From an uncultured Gammaproteobacteria bacterium (lineage in GTDB: Bacteria > Patescibacteriota > Patescibacteriia > Magasanikbacterales > UBA922), in assembly GCA_964519725.1 (NCBI GenBank), contig CAZFKS010000003.1, positions 15,821 through 79,820 on the forward strand: a DNA stretch of 64,000 nt, in the 5' to 3' direction. Numbering within the stretch: position 1 is the stretch's first letter; every line of letters starts with the position of its first letter. A model generated the notes under the pieces. That model was not told the DNA's origin. It did no database searches and saw only the letters and a program-made list of their open reading frames with translations. Positions 45,998-56,228 of the stretch are shown here, piece by piece. Position numbers and translations under genes: made by a program.

Positions 45998-48085
45998 TTG
46001 ACCGGTCTCGGGTGTCCGGCTACCGTGTTCCGAGTGAAGGAGATCGAACTAGGCAACAGCGCAGCAAGCAGCCCCGTGCCCGAGCCGCCGCAGCCCGAGA
46101 TGAAAGTCGACGTGCTCGGGTGCGTGCGCGCGACTCACGTCCCGAAGGATTCGGCCTTTCTTCCGGTATTTGAAGCCGTCGTGAATGCGATCCATTCAAC
46201 TCAGGATCGATTCGGTACTGACGTTTTGGCTCAAGGACGGATCGAAGTGCGTGTTGTGCGCGTTCCTCAGCCTGATCTCCCTGGCTCGCCGGGTCGCCCT
46301 AGCGTCCTTCCGATCGAGCGCGTGGTTGTCACGGATAACGGCCAGGGATTTACGCCGCGGAACCTCGGTTCGTTCCAGACGGCGTACACGACGGCCAAGC
46401 TTGACCGAGGCGGGAAGGGCGTTGGGCGCTTTTCGTGGCTCGCCGTGTTTCGCGAAGCTCACGTCGAAAGCACGTACCATGAGGAGTCCGGCCCGCGGCG
46501 CCGGTCTTTCACGTTCCGCCCGACCCCCCGCGGAATCGAAGGTCACACCGACCTGCCGGTCGAGCCTGAGGCCGAACTCACAACAGCGGTCGAGCTTCGC
46601 GGCATTCAGCCGAAGTACGCGGACGCACTTCGCCGCGGAACCGACGTCATAGCCGAGAAGATCTTCGAGCATTGTTTCCCCTACTTCGTGGTCGGCGACT
46701 GCCCCGAGGTATTGCTAGTCGACGTCCTTCCTGACGGGGCTGAGCGTGTTCTCGTCAACGACAAAGTGAAGGAACTGCGGATCGGCCCGCCCCAGCCGCT
46801 GAAAGTCGGCTCTCATGTCCTCGAGGCTCGGCACGTCCAGCAACAACATCGTGGCGAACGACAACACACCGCCCACCTGTGCGCGAACAAGCGAGAAGTA
46901 GAAACGTTCAAGTTGTCAGCAGTTACCGAACTAGGCGACGGACCAATCGCGAGTTCGGATGGACAGTCGCTCGTGCATCACGTATTCGTGAGCGGCGGAG
47001 CGCTCGACGAGGCCGTTAACAGCGTTCGAACCCGGTTGGTTCTCGCAGAGGACGATTCGTTGTTCGCGAGCGCCGGCGAACTCGACATGAAGAGCATCAA
47101 GGCTGCCGCTGGTGAGCAGGTCCGGACCGAGCTCGCAGGGTTTCTCGAGGACGAGAAGAAAACGAACTTCGAGAGGATCGAGCGGCACATTCGCACCGTG
47201 CAGCCCGAGTACCGCCATCTCCTCACGCGAAAGCCCGATGAGCTCTCGCGCGTCAGGTGGACCGACAACCCACGGCAGCTCGACGAGAACCTCTACAAGG
47301 TCCAACAAGCTTGGGACACTGAGGCTCGTGCGCGACTCGCTGCCGTCGAGGAGAAGGTACTCGAGGGAACCAATCCGGAGCTCTTCGCCGATGAGCTCGG
47401 CCGCGTATCCGCAGAAGTGAATGAAGCCGGTGAGGCGAGCCTGATCAAGTACGTCGTCCGGCGTCGTGCCATCCTCAAGGTGGTTCGCGCTCTCCTTGGT
47501 CGAAATGCGCTCGAAGCACACATTCATCAGATTCTCTTTCCTCCCAAGAAGACCGCCGACGATGTCGAGTACGGTGATCACAACCTGTGGCTCGTCGACG
47601 ACACCTTCTCGTTCTACGAGCACGTCGCGTCCGACCTTCCGTTCTCGGCGATTTCGGCCGCCCCGGTTGACGGCCTGCGGCGGCCGGACCTCCTCGCGTT
47701 CAAGACCGGTGACTCGCCCTACCAGCACGTGGCCCTGCTCGAACTCAAGCGCCCGGAACGTGGCAACGACAACCCCGCCCAGCAGCTCATGGACTATGCC
47801 GTGCTGCTGCGAGAGGGCGGTGCGAAGAACGTGCATCACATGACCATGCCGGGAATCCCGAAGTCCGTTCGCATCGACGGGGTGGCACTTGTTACTCTGG
47901 GCCCCGAGATGGAGCGTCGTCTACGGACAGGGCCGGGGAACCTACGCAAGGCCGATGGTGAATGGCGCTGGTACGGCTTTGTGCCGGAAGAGAACCTAAG
48001 CATTGAGGTTCTCGATTTCCAGGCATTCGTCGTTCGAGCGGAGCAGCGCAACCGAGCGTTCTTCGCAAAGCTCGGCCTGAGCTAG
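45998..48085 (+). CDS. GHKL (histidine kinase/Hsp90/MORC-like) ATPase fused to a C-terminal PD-(D/E)xK-like nuclease domain; candidate single-gene defense protein
   Basis: VVTDNGQGFTPRNLGSFQ...KLDRGGKGVGRFSWLAVF = Bergerat-fold N/G boxes. C-terminus PDLLAFK...HVALLELKRPE = D...ELK nuclease-like motif. Track start is TTG at 45998; ATG at 46103 is an alternative. Confidence 0.6.
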   Translation: MTGLGCPATVFRVKEIELGNSAASSPVPEPPQPEMKVDVLGCVRATHVPKDSAFLPVFEAVVNAIHSTQDRFGTDVLAQGRIEVRVVRVPQPDLPGSPGRPSVLPIERVVVTDNGQGFTPRNLGSFQTAYTTAKLDRGGKGVGRFSWLAVFREAHVESTYHEESGPRRRSFTFRPTPRGIEGHTDLPVEPEAELTTAVELRGIQPKYADALRRGTDVIAEKIFEHCFPYFVVGDCPEVLLVDVLPDGAERVLVNDKVKELRIGPPQPLKVGSHVLEARHVQQQHRGERQHTAHLCANKREVETFKLSAVTELGDGPIASSDGQSLVHHVFVSGGALDEAVNSVRTRLVLAEDDSLFASAGELDMKSIKAAAGEQVRTELAGFLEDEKKTNFERIERHIRTVQPEYRHLLTRKPDELSRVRWTDNPRQLDENLYKVQQAWDTEARARLAAVEEKVLEGTNPELFADELGRVSAEVNEAGEASLIKYVVRRRAILKVVRALLGRNALEAHIHQILFPPKKTADDVEYGDHNLWLVDDTFSFYEHVASDLPFSAISAAPVDGLRRPDLLAFKTGDSPYQHVALLELKRPERGNDNPAQQLMDYAVLLREGGAKNVHHMTMPGIPKSVRIDGVALVTLGPEMERRLRTGPGNLRKADGEWRWYGFVPEENLSIEVLDFQAFVVRAEQRNRAFFAKLGLS

Positions 48086-48586
48086 AGCTCATGTCGCTGC
48101 GAGGCGCGAGCGGGGAGTCGAGGAATTCCGTGGTGATTTCCTTGAAGTTCGCCTGCTGCCGGAGCGACGTCTTCGGGCTTTCTGGTCAGTACGAAGCGCG
48201 TGACAAACGCACTTCCGGCCTCCACAGGGCCAAAGAAGTGGCCCACCAGTCTAATCAGAAAATGTGGCGCAGTCGCGCGATCAGCCACATCGGGTGGCTC
48301 CACCCGGTTTCATCCCGCCGTGGTGCGCGAAGCCCATCTCGAACTAGCTATGACCATCCTGACTGAGTACGAGTGCGAACACGAGTCGCTCTTCGATGCA
48401 GACGCGCTCCGTAACCCAAGCAGTGGTGCCGGTTAACGTTGGCACCCACGCAGCGTCCCCGTTTCCCAGGAGGCCGTGCGTCCCGCGGATCTGCCGAACT
48501 TTGTCGTAGGCGGTCTGAGCCAGCGGGCCGAGGATGTGTACCGAACACAGTCCAGAATAGCTCGTTCATCTGGGGAGTCCTTTGGT

Positions 48587-49354
48587 TTAGGGCCCGGCCA
48601 GGGTCAAGCGTGCATGCTCGTCGGCCGCCGTTTTCAAGCACGCTTTCTTGGAAATAGCCTTCTGCACCTTCGCGTCCTCGTACCCCTGGTCACGCTGCCT
48701 CAAGAATGCTGTTCGGAGCACCTCCCAAGGGAAGATCCCGTCCACGGCGACTCTCCGTAGCTCCTCGACGGTGATAAGGATGTGAATTCGGCCGCGCAGC
48801 CAATCATGAAACAGATCACCGGCATAGCCCTTCCCGCTACCGAACCCGAATCCCGCGGCAGAGAATGCCACGCCGAAGGTGCAGCCGTGACTACTCATGC
48901 GGCCGCAGTGCTGAGCCCAATCTGCAGGCCCCATCGGAGCTATGTGGTTCTTCGCCTCCATGTAGAGGTTCGGTCCGGCGACGACCGCCATCCCAGCGCC
49001 GAGAATTCGGTCGATACGGTCGGGGAATACCTCGCCCTTACCATCGATGGTCCATCGGTTGCTGAGCCCACCTTTCTGTACGTCCCGCGCCACTCCACCT
49101 CTTTCGAGAAAGTAGCGCGCCACATCCTCCAATGGATCGCCCTTCACCGCTGTTGTCTGGTTGCCAGCCGCGGGGAGGTTTGCCTGCGTCGACGTGATAA
49201 AAGCGCGGTAGAGCTGCCGATAGGCCGCGGGATCCCAGCCGCCGAGAACCGCGTACGTGGCCTCGTACACCGCCCCCATCCCGCCAAGTTCATGAACCCG
49301 AGCGGCAATGGCCATCAGATGGCTAACATCCGGCTCAGGCGTGGGCGCGGTCAT
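48587..49354 (-). CDS. hypothetical protein translationally coupled to the 3' end of the Type ISP gene
   Basis: 255-aa ORF from ATG 49354, overlapping the upstream gene by about 20 nt. Gly-rich GFGFGSGKGYAGD segment. No family recognised. Confidence 0.45.
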   Translation of the reverse strand: MTAPTPEPDVSHLMAIAARVHELGGMGAVYEATYAVLGGWDPAAYRQLYRAFITSTQANLPAAGNQTTAVKGDPLEDVARYFLERGGVARDVQKGGLSNRWTIDGKGEVFPDRIDRILGAGMAVVAGPNLYMEAKNHIAPMGPADWAQHCGRMSSHGCTFGVAFSAAGFGFGSGKGYAGDLFHDWLRGRIHILITVEELRRVAVDGIFPWEVLRTAFLRQRDQGYEDAKVQKAISKKACLKTAADEHARLTLAGP

Positions 49355-52300
49355 CAAGGGCCCCTTCGGCCAAGAAGAACCGGATTCTGATCACCACGTC
49401 GTGCGGGCCATCGACGACGCGCGCGCACTCAGGGCAGGCGCTATTATACCGTCCTGCGAGCGCGAGGCTCTGAACACGGTCGGCGCTCGGCTCCTCCGGC
49501 CCGACGGCGCCGTTGCAGACCCGGTGATGAGGAATGAATCTCGCTCGAAACCATCCAACAAGCAGGAGCGCCAGCATGGCGTCACGAGCGGGCTCAGGAT
49601 TCCAATCTTTGCTGATCATCGCCGCAAGTGGGACTTGCCCGTCCAGCGTCGCAGCACCCACTTCAGCAGAGCGGCGTATGAACGCTGCGGCCTCCGCGGG
49701 CTCGAGGCGGAAGGTGCGCCTCAAGATCTGAATTGACCGGCCAAGAATGTCCCTGGGCGCTTCATCCTCGGCCGCCGCTGGATCCAGTTTGCCGGTCAAA
49801 CCACGAATAATCCGAACGGATTCGACCGCGACGGTGACCGCCTTCTTTAGAAGCCCAACAATATACATCGGATCGGACGACGCATCGTTCGGGTCCGACG
49901 CTATGCCGCTGTCCCTATCGGATGACGCCTCGTACTGATCCATCACCCATTCGAGGGGTGTCCGACCATTGATGACGTACTCATGTGCCTCGGGAGGGAT
50001 ACCGGCGAGCATAAGAGAAGAGTTTACACAGATACAGCTCTTGTCTACCTTCTTGCCCTCCCGCGCATATTGCATTCGGGTCACACGATAGGCACCTGGG
50101 TCGCGAGTCAGCGCAGTCCATTGCTCGCGCAGCGGGTACTCCGCTGCGGTCTCGTACCCCACATGCAGGGCAGAAAGCCTTCGACCGGCCGCAGCGAACG
50201 CGTCGAATGCACGACTCAGCGGAATGCGAGGAGGTTGGACCTTCAACTCGTTGGCGAACCGATCGCGATAATCGGGAGAGTGAAGAACGCCATAGACATA
50301 GAAGAAGATATCTTCCTTGGTGATGTCGTCTCGCGCGTAGCTGACACGGAACCAGTTTAGCGCTGCGTCTGTAATCGCCTCCCGGCGTCCACCAATTTGG
50401 TCGCCCGACGTTGCCTGAAAGAGATCAGTGGGCGACCCCTCGGCGGCGTAGACGAATCTCGGAAAGAACTGCGTGCCATCCGGAGCCACCTTCGAGTCTG
50501 GCAAGGTATCGGTCATTAGCACCGAGAACGCCCGTCGAGTTCCTGCCGCCGGCACGCAGATGGCGAGGTTCGGCGAGTTCGCCCCCGGAAACATCTCGGG
50601 GAGTTCGCCAACCAGTTCATTCATCCCGCGGTCGAAGTAGACCCACTTCTTGCAAAAGGGACGATACAACGCGCGTACGATGCGCTCTTCCGAGAACGGA
50701 TGGTCCCTTCCTGCCTTCAAAGCGTTTTTTAGACCGCGGCTCCATTTGATGCGGCGCTCGTCACGGTCAATGAAGGACTCTATGTCGAGCCATTGGGCTT
50801 TCTTGCGGCCGCTATTCGCCTTCCGGTAAGCAATGACATGCTGGTTGTAGACGGCGCTCATTCGTCGCATGTTGGCGGCCACTGCTGCAGCCGAGAAGCC
50901 ATACGCCCAGGCGTCGCGATTGGTCACGATGCCTGACGCGTACGTGCTGAACACGGTGAGCGGCTCGGTTCTGTCGCGGTCCTTTTCACCAAGCGCCAGG
51001 AGATGGCCGAAGTCGTCGCCTCGCTGTCTGACCCAGTCCCCCGCCGCGTTCGGCGTCACCTCGACCCAAGGCACTCCCTTGACGCTCTGGAACTCGGCCA
51101 CGCGCTGGAGCTTCTCGGGCGCGGTTAGGTAGTCGCCAATGTCATGGTAGAGCAGTCGCCTGGGTTGTGCCGCGGATGGATTACGCACGAGGACCGTAAT
51201 CGCGACTCCCGCCCTGCTTCCAGAACCGAATACCTTTCCGCCCTCCATCCGTGAAACAACGCCCTGGGTGCGCTGATCCCCACGAAGGTCGAAGCAATAG
51301 ATCGAGGTGAACTCGTCCCCAACACACTTCCGGAACCCGTCCATTGTCTTCTTCGACACGATGGCGCCGTTGCTTACGAACGCAATGACCCCTCGTTCCT
51401 TCAGGCGGTCGCTGGCCCATCTGAACGCCCGAATATACGAGTCGTAGAGGTTTCTTACCAAGTCCGCGCTTGAACTCGCCGCATAGGTTTGGCGGATACG
51501 TTCGTCGAGCTGAGGGTATTCGAGGTTCACGTTCCCGTCGTTCTGGCTCTCCTGCCCCACCGACCATGGTGGATTGCCAATTACGACGCGAATATCGGTC
51601 TCGTTCTGCAAAGCAGCCCGCCGATTGTTCTCTGGGAACATTGAGGCGAGGGTAGTCCCTCGCGTCTCGGTCATCTGAAAGGTGTCGGTTAGTACGATCC
51701 CCGGAAATGACTCGTATGGGGCTCCGGACAGCGCGTGGTAGGTGCTCTCGATGTTCACAGCCGCGATGTAGTACGCAAGCAAAACGAGCTCGTTGGCGTG
51801 AAGCTCTTTCAAATACTTGCGGCGGAGGTCCGCGCGGGCAATGAGGCCGCTCTGAAGTAGGCGAACGAGGAAGGTGCCTGTACCCGTAAACGGGTCCAGG
51901 ACGTGCACCCCCTCAGCCGAAAGACCGACGCCGAACTCCGCTGTCAGCACCGCCTGTACGCTGTGAATGATGAAATCCACGATCTCGACGGGGGTGTAGA
52001 CAATGCCAAGGCGTTCCGCCGTCCGCGGGAATGCGGTCCGGAAGAACTTGTCGTAAAGTTCAATGACGATGCGCTGCTTGCCTTCGGCATTATCGATCCC
52101 GCGTGCGCGGATTCGAACGCTCTCATAGAAGCTCTCCAGGGCCACCGTTTCCTTTTCGAGGTTCTCCTCCTGGAGTGCATCCAGCATCTTCTGCATGGCC
52201 ACGGAGACTGGATTCGAGCGAGTGAACTCATGCCCATCGAATAGCGCGTCGAAGACTGGGCGAGTGATAAGATGCTGCGAGAGCATTTCAATCGCGTCAT

Positions 52301-54551
52301 CTCTGCTGACGCTGGGATTCAGACTCGCTTGCAGCTCGGCAAGGAACTCTGCAAAGGCACGGCGCGCGACGCTACCCTTTCCATCCACAAGGGCCGATAT
52401 TCGAGCGACGTGACGTTCCGCGATTTCAGCAACATCCTTTGCCCAAGTCTCCCAGTAGCGCCGGTCTCCGCACTTTTCGACGATGCGCGCGTAAATGGCA
52501 TCGCGCCACTCCCCAATCTGCGGGAATGCGAGGTAGTATTGCTGCCCCTCACCATTCGGCGCGCGGCTCTGGCTCGTACCCTCGGTCTCGCGGCCCGAGA
52601 CGCCGACTACTTGGATCTGCGGTGGTCTGGTCTTGTTCAGTTCCAGCTGATTGATGGTCGCATTAAACCGGTCATCGTGCGCCCGCAGGGCCTGGAGAAC
52701 CTGCCATACGACTTTGTACTTCTGATTGTTTTTGAGGGCTTCATCCGGGCGCATGTCGGCAGGAATCCCGATAGGAAGGATGATGTACCCGTACTGCTTA
52801 CCTTCAGCTCGTCGCATCACCCGGCCAACCGACTGCACGACGTCGACGACCGAGTTTCGGGGGTTTAGAAACATGACGGCGTCGAGCGCAGGCACGTCCA
52901 CGCCTTCTGAGAGGCAGCGGGCATTCGAGAGGACCCGGCAGATCCCATCGCCGCCGGACTCTGCCTTCAGCCAATCAAGTCGTGCATTCCGCGCCAGCGC
53001 ATTGAAGGTACCATCCACATGGTCGACCTCGCACCGCAGCAGGCCTGGCTCTTCGGGATGCTCCTTGATGTAGGACTCGACAACCTGACCAAACAGGCCG
53101 GTGATTCGTTTGCTGTCTTTGATTGACCGGCAAAACGCCACCGCCCGCTTCATCGGAGCTGGGTCGGTCTCAGTCGCAGCTGAATCCTCGGTGAACCGCT
53201 TCGCGAGGCCGTTCCAGCACCCGGTGATCTTGACCGCGTCCTCGAGCCGGAGCTCGGAATCTTCGTCCGCGAGCTGCTTTTGGAACGTGCGGCTCACGTA
53301 TTTCTCGTCGACCGCGAGCACCATCACCTTGTAATCGGTGAGGAGTCCGGAGGCGACCGCTTCGGAAAACCCGAGCCGATGGAACTCCGGACCGTAGAGC
53401 CGTTCGTCGTCCATGGACGCGATCTCAGCGTCGTTCTCCTCGGCCTTCGTCTTGGTGACGTCGCTGAAGATACGCGGCGTGGCGGTCATGTATAGCCGGC
53501 GCTGAGCACGCACGAAGTCGCCGTCATGGACTCGGACGAAGTGCGATTCATCCTCGTCGGCGAGTTTCACGCCGGTCGTGCGGTGAGCCTCATCGCAGAT
53601 AATGAGGTCGAACTCCGGGAGCCCCTTTTTCTGAGCATCGGCGACTGCCTGGATCGACTGGTAGGTCGAGAAAACGACCGTGAGCTTTCCGTTGCCACCG
53701 TGCTTCCCGGCCTTTGCGAGGAGAGCGGCGTTGGTAGTGGCAGGGAACGCCAAGTCATGCGTGTGGAGGTCCTCGCTGTCGGCCGGCCGTCCGACCTGGG
53801 TATCCGAGCACACCGCGAACGCGCGAAGTTTCCGGCTCGCCTCCGAGGTCCACTCGCGGAGGGACTGAGAAAGCAGGGAGATCGATGGAACAAGAAACAG
53901 GACCGTAGCCGACTCTTTCGGAGTGAGTTCCTCGGCGATGCGAAGGGCAGTGAACGTTTTGCCGGTCCCGCAGGCCATGATTAGCTTTCCACGGGCGCTC
54001 GTCCGGAAACCATCACGTACTTTTCCTAGCGCGACCTGTTGATGCGGACGAAGGTCTTTCCGTTTGCGGAGCTGGATGTCCTCGGGCTTCCTGAGACTGA
54101 ACCGGCTCCAATCGATTGGACTTTCCGCCAGGTCCTGAACGCGAAGGCGCGTTACCGGAAGCGTCTGTCCGGTAAGCGCGTCCTCGGCATGCTTACTCCA
54201 CCGGTCAGTGGTGGAAACCAAGAGCCGGGTCGTGAAGGGTGCCTTTCCAGAGGCCGTGAAAAAAGAGTCGATATCGCCCTTCTGAAGATAGTGATCCGGG
54301 TCGAAGAACTTGCACTGGATAGCGCAGAAGCCTTCGGTCTCGCGCTCGCGCGCCACGAGGTCAATGCCCGTGTCCGGGCGGTGGCCACGCTCGGGCCATT
54401 CATTCCACAGCCACACGTCGCTGAACCGAGCCTTGTAAAGGGGGTCGGTCCGGAGATACGCCGCGATCAACCGCTCGAAGCGGTCGCCCTGGTCTCGCTT
54501 GGAGCGGGCTCCGACGCGCAGTTCGTCAAGGATGGCGTGAATCGAGGGCAT
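49335..54551 (-). CDS. Type ISP-like single-polypeptide restriction-modification enzyme: N-terminal Mrr-family PD-(D/E)xK nuclease, SF2 helicase-like ATPase, gamma-class N6-adenine DNA methyltransferase, C-terminal target-recognition region
   Basis: DTGIDLVARERETEGFCAIQCK (D...E.K nuclease); MACGTGKTFTAL Walker A; LIICDEAHRTTG DEAH box; VLDPFTGTGTFLV (MTase motif I); VIGNPPWSVGQ (motif IV NPPW); 1,738 aa. Confidence 0.75.
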   Translation of the reverse strand: MPSIHAILDELRVGARSKRDQGDRFERLIAAYLRTDPLYKARFSDVWLWNEWPERGHRPDTGIDLVARERETEGFCAIQCKFFDPDHYLQKGDIDSFFTASGKAPFTTRLLVSTTDRWSKHAEDALTGQTLPVTRLRVQDLAESPIDWSRFSLRKPEDIQLRKRKDLRPHQQVALGKVRDGFRTSARGKLIMACGTGKTFTALRIAEELTPKESATVLFLVPSISLLSQSLREWTSEASRKLRAFAVCSDTQVGRPADSEDLHTHDLAFPATTNAALLAKAGKHGGNGKLTVVFSTYQSIQAVADAQKKGLPEFDLIICDEAHRTTGVKLADEDESHFVRVHDGDFVRAQRRLYMTATPRIFSDVTKTKAEENDAEIASMDDERLYGPEFHRLGFSEAVASGLLTDYKVMVLAVDEKYVSRTFQKQLADEDSELRLEDAVKITGCWNGLAKRFTEDSAATETDPAPMKRAVAFCRSIKDSKRITGLFGQVVESYIKEHPEEPGLLRCEVDHVDGTFNALARNARLDWLKAESGGDGICRVLSNARCLSEGVDVPALDAVMFLNPRNSVVDVVQSVGRVMRRAEGKQYGYIILPIGIPADMRPDEALKNNQKYKVVWQVLQALRAHDDRFNATINQLELNKTRPPQIQVVGVSGRETEGTSQSRAPNGEGQQYYLAFPQIGEWRDAIYARIVEKCGDRRYWETWAKDVAEIAERHVARISALVDGKGSVARRAFAEFLAELQASLNPSVSRDDAIEMLSQHLITRPVFDALFDGHEFTRSNPVSVAMQKMLDALQEENLEKETVALESFYESVRIRARGIDNAEGKQRIVIELYDKFFRTAFPRTAERLGIVYTPVEIVDFIIHSVQAVLTAEFGVGLSAEGVHVLDPFTGTGTFLVRLLQSGLIARADLRRKYLKELHANELVLLAYYIAAVNIESTYHALSGAPYESFPGIVLTDTFQMTETRGTTLASMFPENNRRAALQNETDIRVVIGNPPWSVGQESQNDGNVNLEYPQLDERIRQTYAASSSADLVRNLYDSYIRAFRWASDRLKERGVIAFVSNGAIVSKKTMDGFRKCVGDEFTSIYCFDLRGDQRTQGVVSRMEGGKVFGSGSRAGVAITVLVRNPSAAQPRRLLYHDIGDYLTAPEKLQRVAEFQSVKGVPWVEVTPNAAGDWVRQRGDDFGHLLALGEKDRDRTEPLTVFSTYASGIVTNRDAWAYGFSAAAVAANMRRMSAVYNQHVIAYRKANSGRKKAQWLDIESFIDRDERRIKWSRGLKNALKAGRDHPFSEERIVRALYRPFCKKWVYFDRGMNELVGELPEMFPGANSPNLAICVPAAGTRRAFSVLMTDTLPDSKVAPDGTQFFPRFVYAAEGSPTDLFQATSGDQIGGRREAITDAALNWFRVSYARDDITKEDIFFYVYGVLHSPDYRDRFANELKVQPPRIPLSRAFDAFAAAGRRLSALHVGYETAAEYPLREQWTALTRDPGAYRVTRMQYAREGKKVDKSCICVNSSLMLAGIPPEAHEYVINGRTPLEWVMDQYEASSDRDSGIASDPNDASSDPMYIVGLLKKAVTVAVESVRIIRGLTGKLDPAAAEDEAPRDILGRSIQILRRTFRLEPAEAAAFIRRSAEVGAATLDGQVPLAAMISKDWNPEPARDAMLALLLVGWFRARFIPHHRVCNGAVGPEEPSADRVQSLALAGRYNSACPECARVVDGPHDVVIRIRFFLAEGALDDRAHA

Positions 54552-54938
54552 CGTTCGCTGGTGTCGTCCGTGGCCATGAACCTAGTCGAGTAGTGCCGCA
54601 TCCGTCAACGTTCGGCTAACCGCTGCGACCGTTCCTACATGAGTGCCCTCGCACTATCTTTCGCTAGTTCAGGTCGCCGTTCGGTCCATGGACAAGGCTC
54701 CTCAGGGCGACGAGCTCGTGCTCAATAGCTTGCCGCGATCGCTCCTCGCGGAGGTCAACGAGTCGCTGGGCCGGAAGGAGGAGCCCCGCTGTCTCCGCGT
54801 CGCGAGCCCAGCTGAGGAGCAGGTGAAGAACACCCTCGCGGTCCAGCTCACTGCGTCGGAACGCGCGAATCGTCCCATCGAGCTGTCGAAGAAGGCGGAG
54901 CCGGTCGGAAACGTGCACGGGCACCACAGTCGGCGCGT

Positions 54939-55625
54939 CTACTCGACCGTGCCATCGGCGCGGGCCGCGAGCTGCTCCCGGAGCGCCCCGAGCCGCTCCC
55001 ACGCTTCGTCGAGCTGGAGCCGCATCTCGCGGGCCGCCTTCTCGTCGAGCCCATCCAACTTCGCCGGCGTCAGTCGCTTCAGGTTCAGCCCGTCGAGCGC
55101 CTTCATGACCTTGCGAAGGTTCTTCACCGGCTCTGGCTCCGGCTTCCGTCCCCGCTTCTCCCCCGGAATCTCCTTGGCCCGGACCTTCTTCACCCGCTGC
55201 TCGAGCTCGCGCTTCCCGAGGTTCTTCTCGATAGCTTCGCTCGCGAGCTTCAGCTTCTTCTCCGGGTCCTTGACCGGCAGGAGGAGCTTGTGGTGCGAGA
55301 GCGGGAGCGCCTCCGCGATGTTCTCGGGCAGCTGCTTCAGCTGGTCCACGACCGCGACCGCGTTCCAGATGAACTGGTAGTTCACTCGGAGGTCCGTCCG
55401 CTCCCCGAGCTTTCGGAACGTGACGTGCTTCCTTCCGTGCGTGCGGAAGTTCGCCGTGTCCCCGTCAAAGAACCGGTCGAGGACGTACGACCCGATGGCC
55501 CGGGTCATCTCGAGGCCCTTCGCTACGTAGAGGCGGTTGATCTCGGCAACCGCCTCGGACAGCGCGGCCTCGTCGACTTCGCCACCTTCTTCCGGAACCA
55601 CTGCGAGCGTCTTCTCACGCGCCAT
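54939..55625 (-). CDS. ParB/KorB-like nuclease-domain protein
   Basis: LSHHKLLLPVKDPEKKLKLASEAIEKNLGKRELEQRVKKV resembles the ParB HTH/linker region; 228 aa. Coordinates from ORF track. Confidence 0.45.
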   Translation of the reverse strand: MAREKTLAVVPEEGGEVDEAALSEAVAEINRLYVAKGLEMTRAIGSYVLDRFFDGDTANFRTHGRKHVTFRKLGERTDLRVNYQFIWNAVAVVDQLKQLPENIAEALPLSHHKLLLPVKDPEKKLKLASEAIEKNLGKRELEQRVKKVRAKEIPGEKRGRKPEPEPVKNLRKVMKALDGLNLKRLTPAKLDGLDEKAAREMRLQLDEAWERLGALREQLAARADGTVE

Positions 55626-55692
55626 GGCGGCACCTCCAGAGCAGGGACGCTAATCCCCTCCACGCCCTAGGTCAACTCGGAATCAGGTGCTT

Positions 55693-55708
55693 GTTTCCGC
55701 GGGGAAAC
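55693..55708. promoter_or_regulatory. 16-bp near-palindrome GTTTCCGCGGGGAAAC (copy 3, one asymmetric position)
   Basis: About 68 nt upstream of the ParB-like gene start; next to element B copy 1. Confidence 0.45.
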
Positions 55709-55731
55709 ATGCCGTCCCGCAGGGACGTGCT

Positions 55732-55868
55732 TCCCCCTCTGGGGGAGGGGTGGCCGTGAAGCGGGCGGCCCTCCGGCATAGGGGGACCGAGGGGGTGACG
55801 GGGCCAGCGGCCGCCCCGCCCCCAAGGGGGGCGGAAGCGCCGCGGCCATAAGAAGATAGGCCCACCCG
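55732..55868 (-). repeat. element B copy 1: about 137-bp GC-rich multi-hairpin element just downstream of the P-gene stop
   Basis: TCCCCCTCTGGGGGAGGG...GCCGCCCCGCCCCCAAGGGGGGCGG...GATAGGCCCACCC; about 88% identical (by eye) to 61125-61263. Confidence 0.6.
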
Positions 55869-55871
55869 CAT

Positions 55872-56228
55872 TTATTCATTCTGCCTGGCCGCAAGCGCGG
55901 CGCGGAGACGGCGGGCGCGCCGGTCAAGCGAAACAAGCGTCTTCGCGAGTTCGGCCGTAGGGAGCCGGTGGTAGTACTCGAACATGACGGCTTCCCAGTC
56001 GAAGACAAGGGCGGCGTCGGGCTCGCCCGGCACCGAGAACGCGACGGACGCGGCGTAGATTTCCATCGCTATCGGCTCGTCCTGGGCGTGCAGCGTGAAC
56101 GCGAGGCCCGTCGACTCGACGAACGCCGCGAGCTGCGTCGGCGATGGGCGCCGGGATGGAAACGCGGACCGTAGCCGGTCGGCTATCCCCCGTGCGGTGG
56201 CGAGCCGGTTCTTTCGGTCGCGGGTCAT
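55872..56228 (-). CDS. small protein, family P member 1 (unknown function)
   Basis: 118 aa; homologous to the genes at 56225-56587 and 61268-62005 (QLAAFVESTGLAF...ALVFDWEAVMFE...LDRRARRLR). Confidence 0.5.
   Translation of the reverse strand: MTRDRKNRLATARGIADRLRSAFPSRRPSPTQLAAFVESTGLAFTLHAQDEPIAMEIYAASVAFSVPGEPDAALVFDWEAVMFEYYHRLPTAELAKTLVSLDRRARRLRAALAARQNE

Noticed and set aside
46931-47839. 302-aa ORF antisense to the GHKL-nuclease gene
   Set aside because: Fully embedded on the opposite strand of a gene with clear ATPase motifs. It has no motifs of its own and is a composition-driven open frame.
54664-55002. 112-aa minus-strand ORF between the Type ISP gene and the ParB-like gene
   Set aside because: It overlaps the 3' end of the ParB-like gene by about 64 nt and is in a different frame. 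It cannot be distinguished from a GC-driven open frame, though a real small gene is not excluded.
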